A stretch of 64,000 nucleotides of DNA from an uncultured Candidatus Saccharibacteria bacterium. GTDB lineage: Bacteria; Patescibacteriota; Dojkabacteria; J137. The DNA lies in the NCBI GenBank assembly GCA_964414295.1, contig CAYPVU010000010.1, forward strand, positions 6,937 through 70,936, read 5' to 3'. Position 1 is the stretch's first letter. Each line of letters opens with the position of its first letter. This document shows, piece by piece, positions 59,411-64,000 of this stretch. The position numbers and the translations under genes are program-made. The notes beneath the pieces were generated by a model. That model saw nothing but the letters and a program-made list of their open reading frames with translations. It ran no database searches and was not told the DNA's origin.

Positions 59411-60922
59411 TTTATGGAGAGTTTGATCCTGGCTCAGGGTTAACGCTAGCGACGTGCCTAAGGTATGCAAGTCGAACGGTGAAATTTTGGTAGCAATACT
59501 GAAATTTCATAGTGGCAAACGGCTGAGTAACGCGTGGGAATCTCCCCCTAAGTCTGATATAGCTCACCGAAAGGTGGGGTAATCTCAGATGGTCTCGTAA
59601 GAGTAAAGATTTTTCGCTTAGGGATGAGCCCGCGTCCTATCAGGTTGTTGGTGGGGTAATTGCCTACCAAGCCTATGACGGGTAGCTGGTCTGAGAGGAT
59701 GGCCAGCCAGACTGGGACTGCGATACGGCCCAGACTCCTACGGGAGGCAGCAACTAGGAATTATGCGCAATGGACGAAAGTCTGACGCTGCGACGTCGCG
59801 TGAAGGATGAAGGTCTTAGGATCGTAAACTTCTTTTATCTACGAACAAGTTCTGAGTGTAGTAGATGAATAAGTGCCTGCCAACCACGTGCCAGAAGCAT
59901 CGGTAATACGTGGGACACAAGCGTTACCCGGATTCACTGGGCGTAAAGAGATGCGTAGGCGACTAGAAAAGTTCTGTGTTAAATCCCAAGGCTCACCCTT
60001 GGAACCGCATAGAAAACTCTCTGGATTGAGTCATGTAGAGAATAGGGGAATTCCTGGTGGAGCGGTTAAATGCGTTGATATCAGGAGGAACACCAATGGC
60101 GAAAGCACCTATTTGGACATGTACTGACGCTAAGGCTCGAAAGTGTGGGGAGCAAAACGGATTAGATACCCGTGTAGTCCACACCGTAAACAATCCCTGT
60201 TAGATGTTCGGAATCTTGCTGAAATTTCTCTTCGGAGAAGGATAAGCATTTTCTGAGTGTCGCAGCTAACGCGTTAAACAGGGCGCCTGTGAAGTACGAC
60301 CGCAAGGTTAAAACACAAAGGAATTGACGGGGACCCGCACAAGCAGTGGAGTGCCTGGTTTAATTCGATGATCAGCGAAGAACCTCACCTGGGCTTGAAC
60401 TGTAGCTGCAAACCCTATGAAAATAGGGCTCTTTCGAAGGTGCTATAGAGGTGATGCATGGCTGTTGTCAGCTCGTGTCGTGAGATGTCGGGTTAAGTCC
60501 CACAACGAGCGCAACCCCTTTCAGATGTTACAATTACTTCTGATACTGCCCCGCCCAAACGGGGAGGAAGGAGGGGATGACATCCAGTCATCATGTCCCT
60601 TATGTCCAGGGCTACACAGACACTACAATGGCGATAACAATGGGTTGCCAAACCGCGAGGTGGAGCTAATCCCATCAAAGATCGTCTCAGTTCAGATTGC
60701 AGTCTGCAACTCGACTGTATGAAGGCGGAATTGCTAGTAATCGGACATCAGCATGGTCCGGTGAATACGTTCTCGGGTCTTGTACACACCGCCCGTCAGG
60801 GCATGGGAGTTGCTCATACTCGAAGTCTACGTTTATCGTGGCCGAAAGTTATGGGTGGCGACTGGGCTTAAGTCGTAACAAGGTAGCCGTAGGGGAATCT
60901 GCGGCTGGATTACCTCCTTTCT
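59411..60922 (+). rRNA. rrs: 16S rRNA (ends approximate)
   Basis: AGAGTTTGATCCTGGCTCAG, ACTCCTACGGGAGGCAGCA, ATTAGATACCC, TGTACACACCGCCCGTC, AAGTCGTAACAAGG, ACCTCCTTT. Confidence 0.98.
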
Positions 60923-61050
60923 AAGGAGTTAGTTCAAACATTATTGTTTGACATACCCATGATCTTGATACTCAAAGTAATTGAGATCCTTGTCACTTTT
61001 TAGTATTCAAAGTAAATTAACAAAACCAGTTTTAACTGGTAAAAGAACAT

Positions 61051-61127
61051 AGGCCAATAGCTCAGCTGGTTAGAGCATTCCTCTGATAAGGGAAAGGTCC
61101 ATGGTTCGAGTCCATGTTGGCCTACCA
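61051..61127 (+). tRNA. tRNA-Ile (GAT)
   Basis: Cloverleaf, loop CTGATAA, encoded CCA, in 16S-23S spacer. Confidence 0.97.
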
Positions 61128-61204
61128 TTATCAATAATATTAATTAGTAATTAAGAATTTAATTTGCTAAAATTTATAGCTTTAAATTCAACATTATTAA
61201 ATTA

Positions 61205-61282
61205 GGGGCCTTAGCATAGCTGGTTTATTGCGCCTCATTTGCAATGAGGAGGTCAAGGGTTCGAATCCCTTAGGCTCCACCA
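61205..61282 (+). tRNA. tRNA-Ala (TGC)
   Basis: GGGGCCT/AGGCTCC acceptor with G3-U70, loop TTTGCAA, encoded CCA. Confidence 0.96.
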
Positions 61283-61390
61283 TTTTGTTGATTGATTAAA
61301 GTCTATAGGATTTTAATTAGCCAACAAAGTTTGGTTAATAAACTTTGTTCTTTAAAAACTGAATAGAAAGATATAACAGATTTTAAGTCG

Positions 61391-64000
<2,610 letters not shown>

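Overview
AT-rich chromosomal window from a Patescibacteria/CPR bacterium. The divergent 16S, AT-rich leaders without Shine-Dalgarno motifs and the gene content point to this group; Dojkabacteria/WS6-like is my inference only. It reads normally in genetic code 11. Housekeeping content: ftsA-ftsZ, rpoD, rny, parAB, lepB, ileS, fmt, lexA, mltG-ruvX, comF, ssrA, yidC, rplY, groES-groEL, smpB, xer, ftsH, polA, six tRNAs and an rRNA operon (16S-Ile-Ala-23S, truncated at the window end). Most notable: (1) a ~15 kb co-oriented envelope locus with a membrane-anchored ClpA/B-like AAA+ ATPase, six tandem TrbC/VirB2-like pilins, several membrane proteins and a VirD4/TraD-like ATPase; (2) a tmRNA whose T-loop is reduced to a 4-nt loop and whose tag is ~28 aa; (3) a rare tRNA-Ile(UAU) alongside compensated changes in the 16S decoding centre; (4) a candidate new LexA box, TGGTATACCA; (5) a Lon ATPase with no protease domain; (6) a second FtsA-like actin next to a large bitopic protein; (7) a four-gene secreted islet with tail-fibre-like and M23 proteins; (8) a 6S-like structured RNA upstream of rny. 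All calls come from reading motifs by eye; no searches were run.
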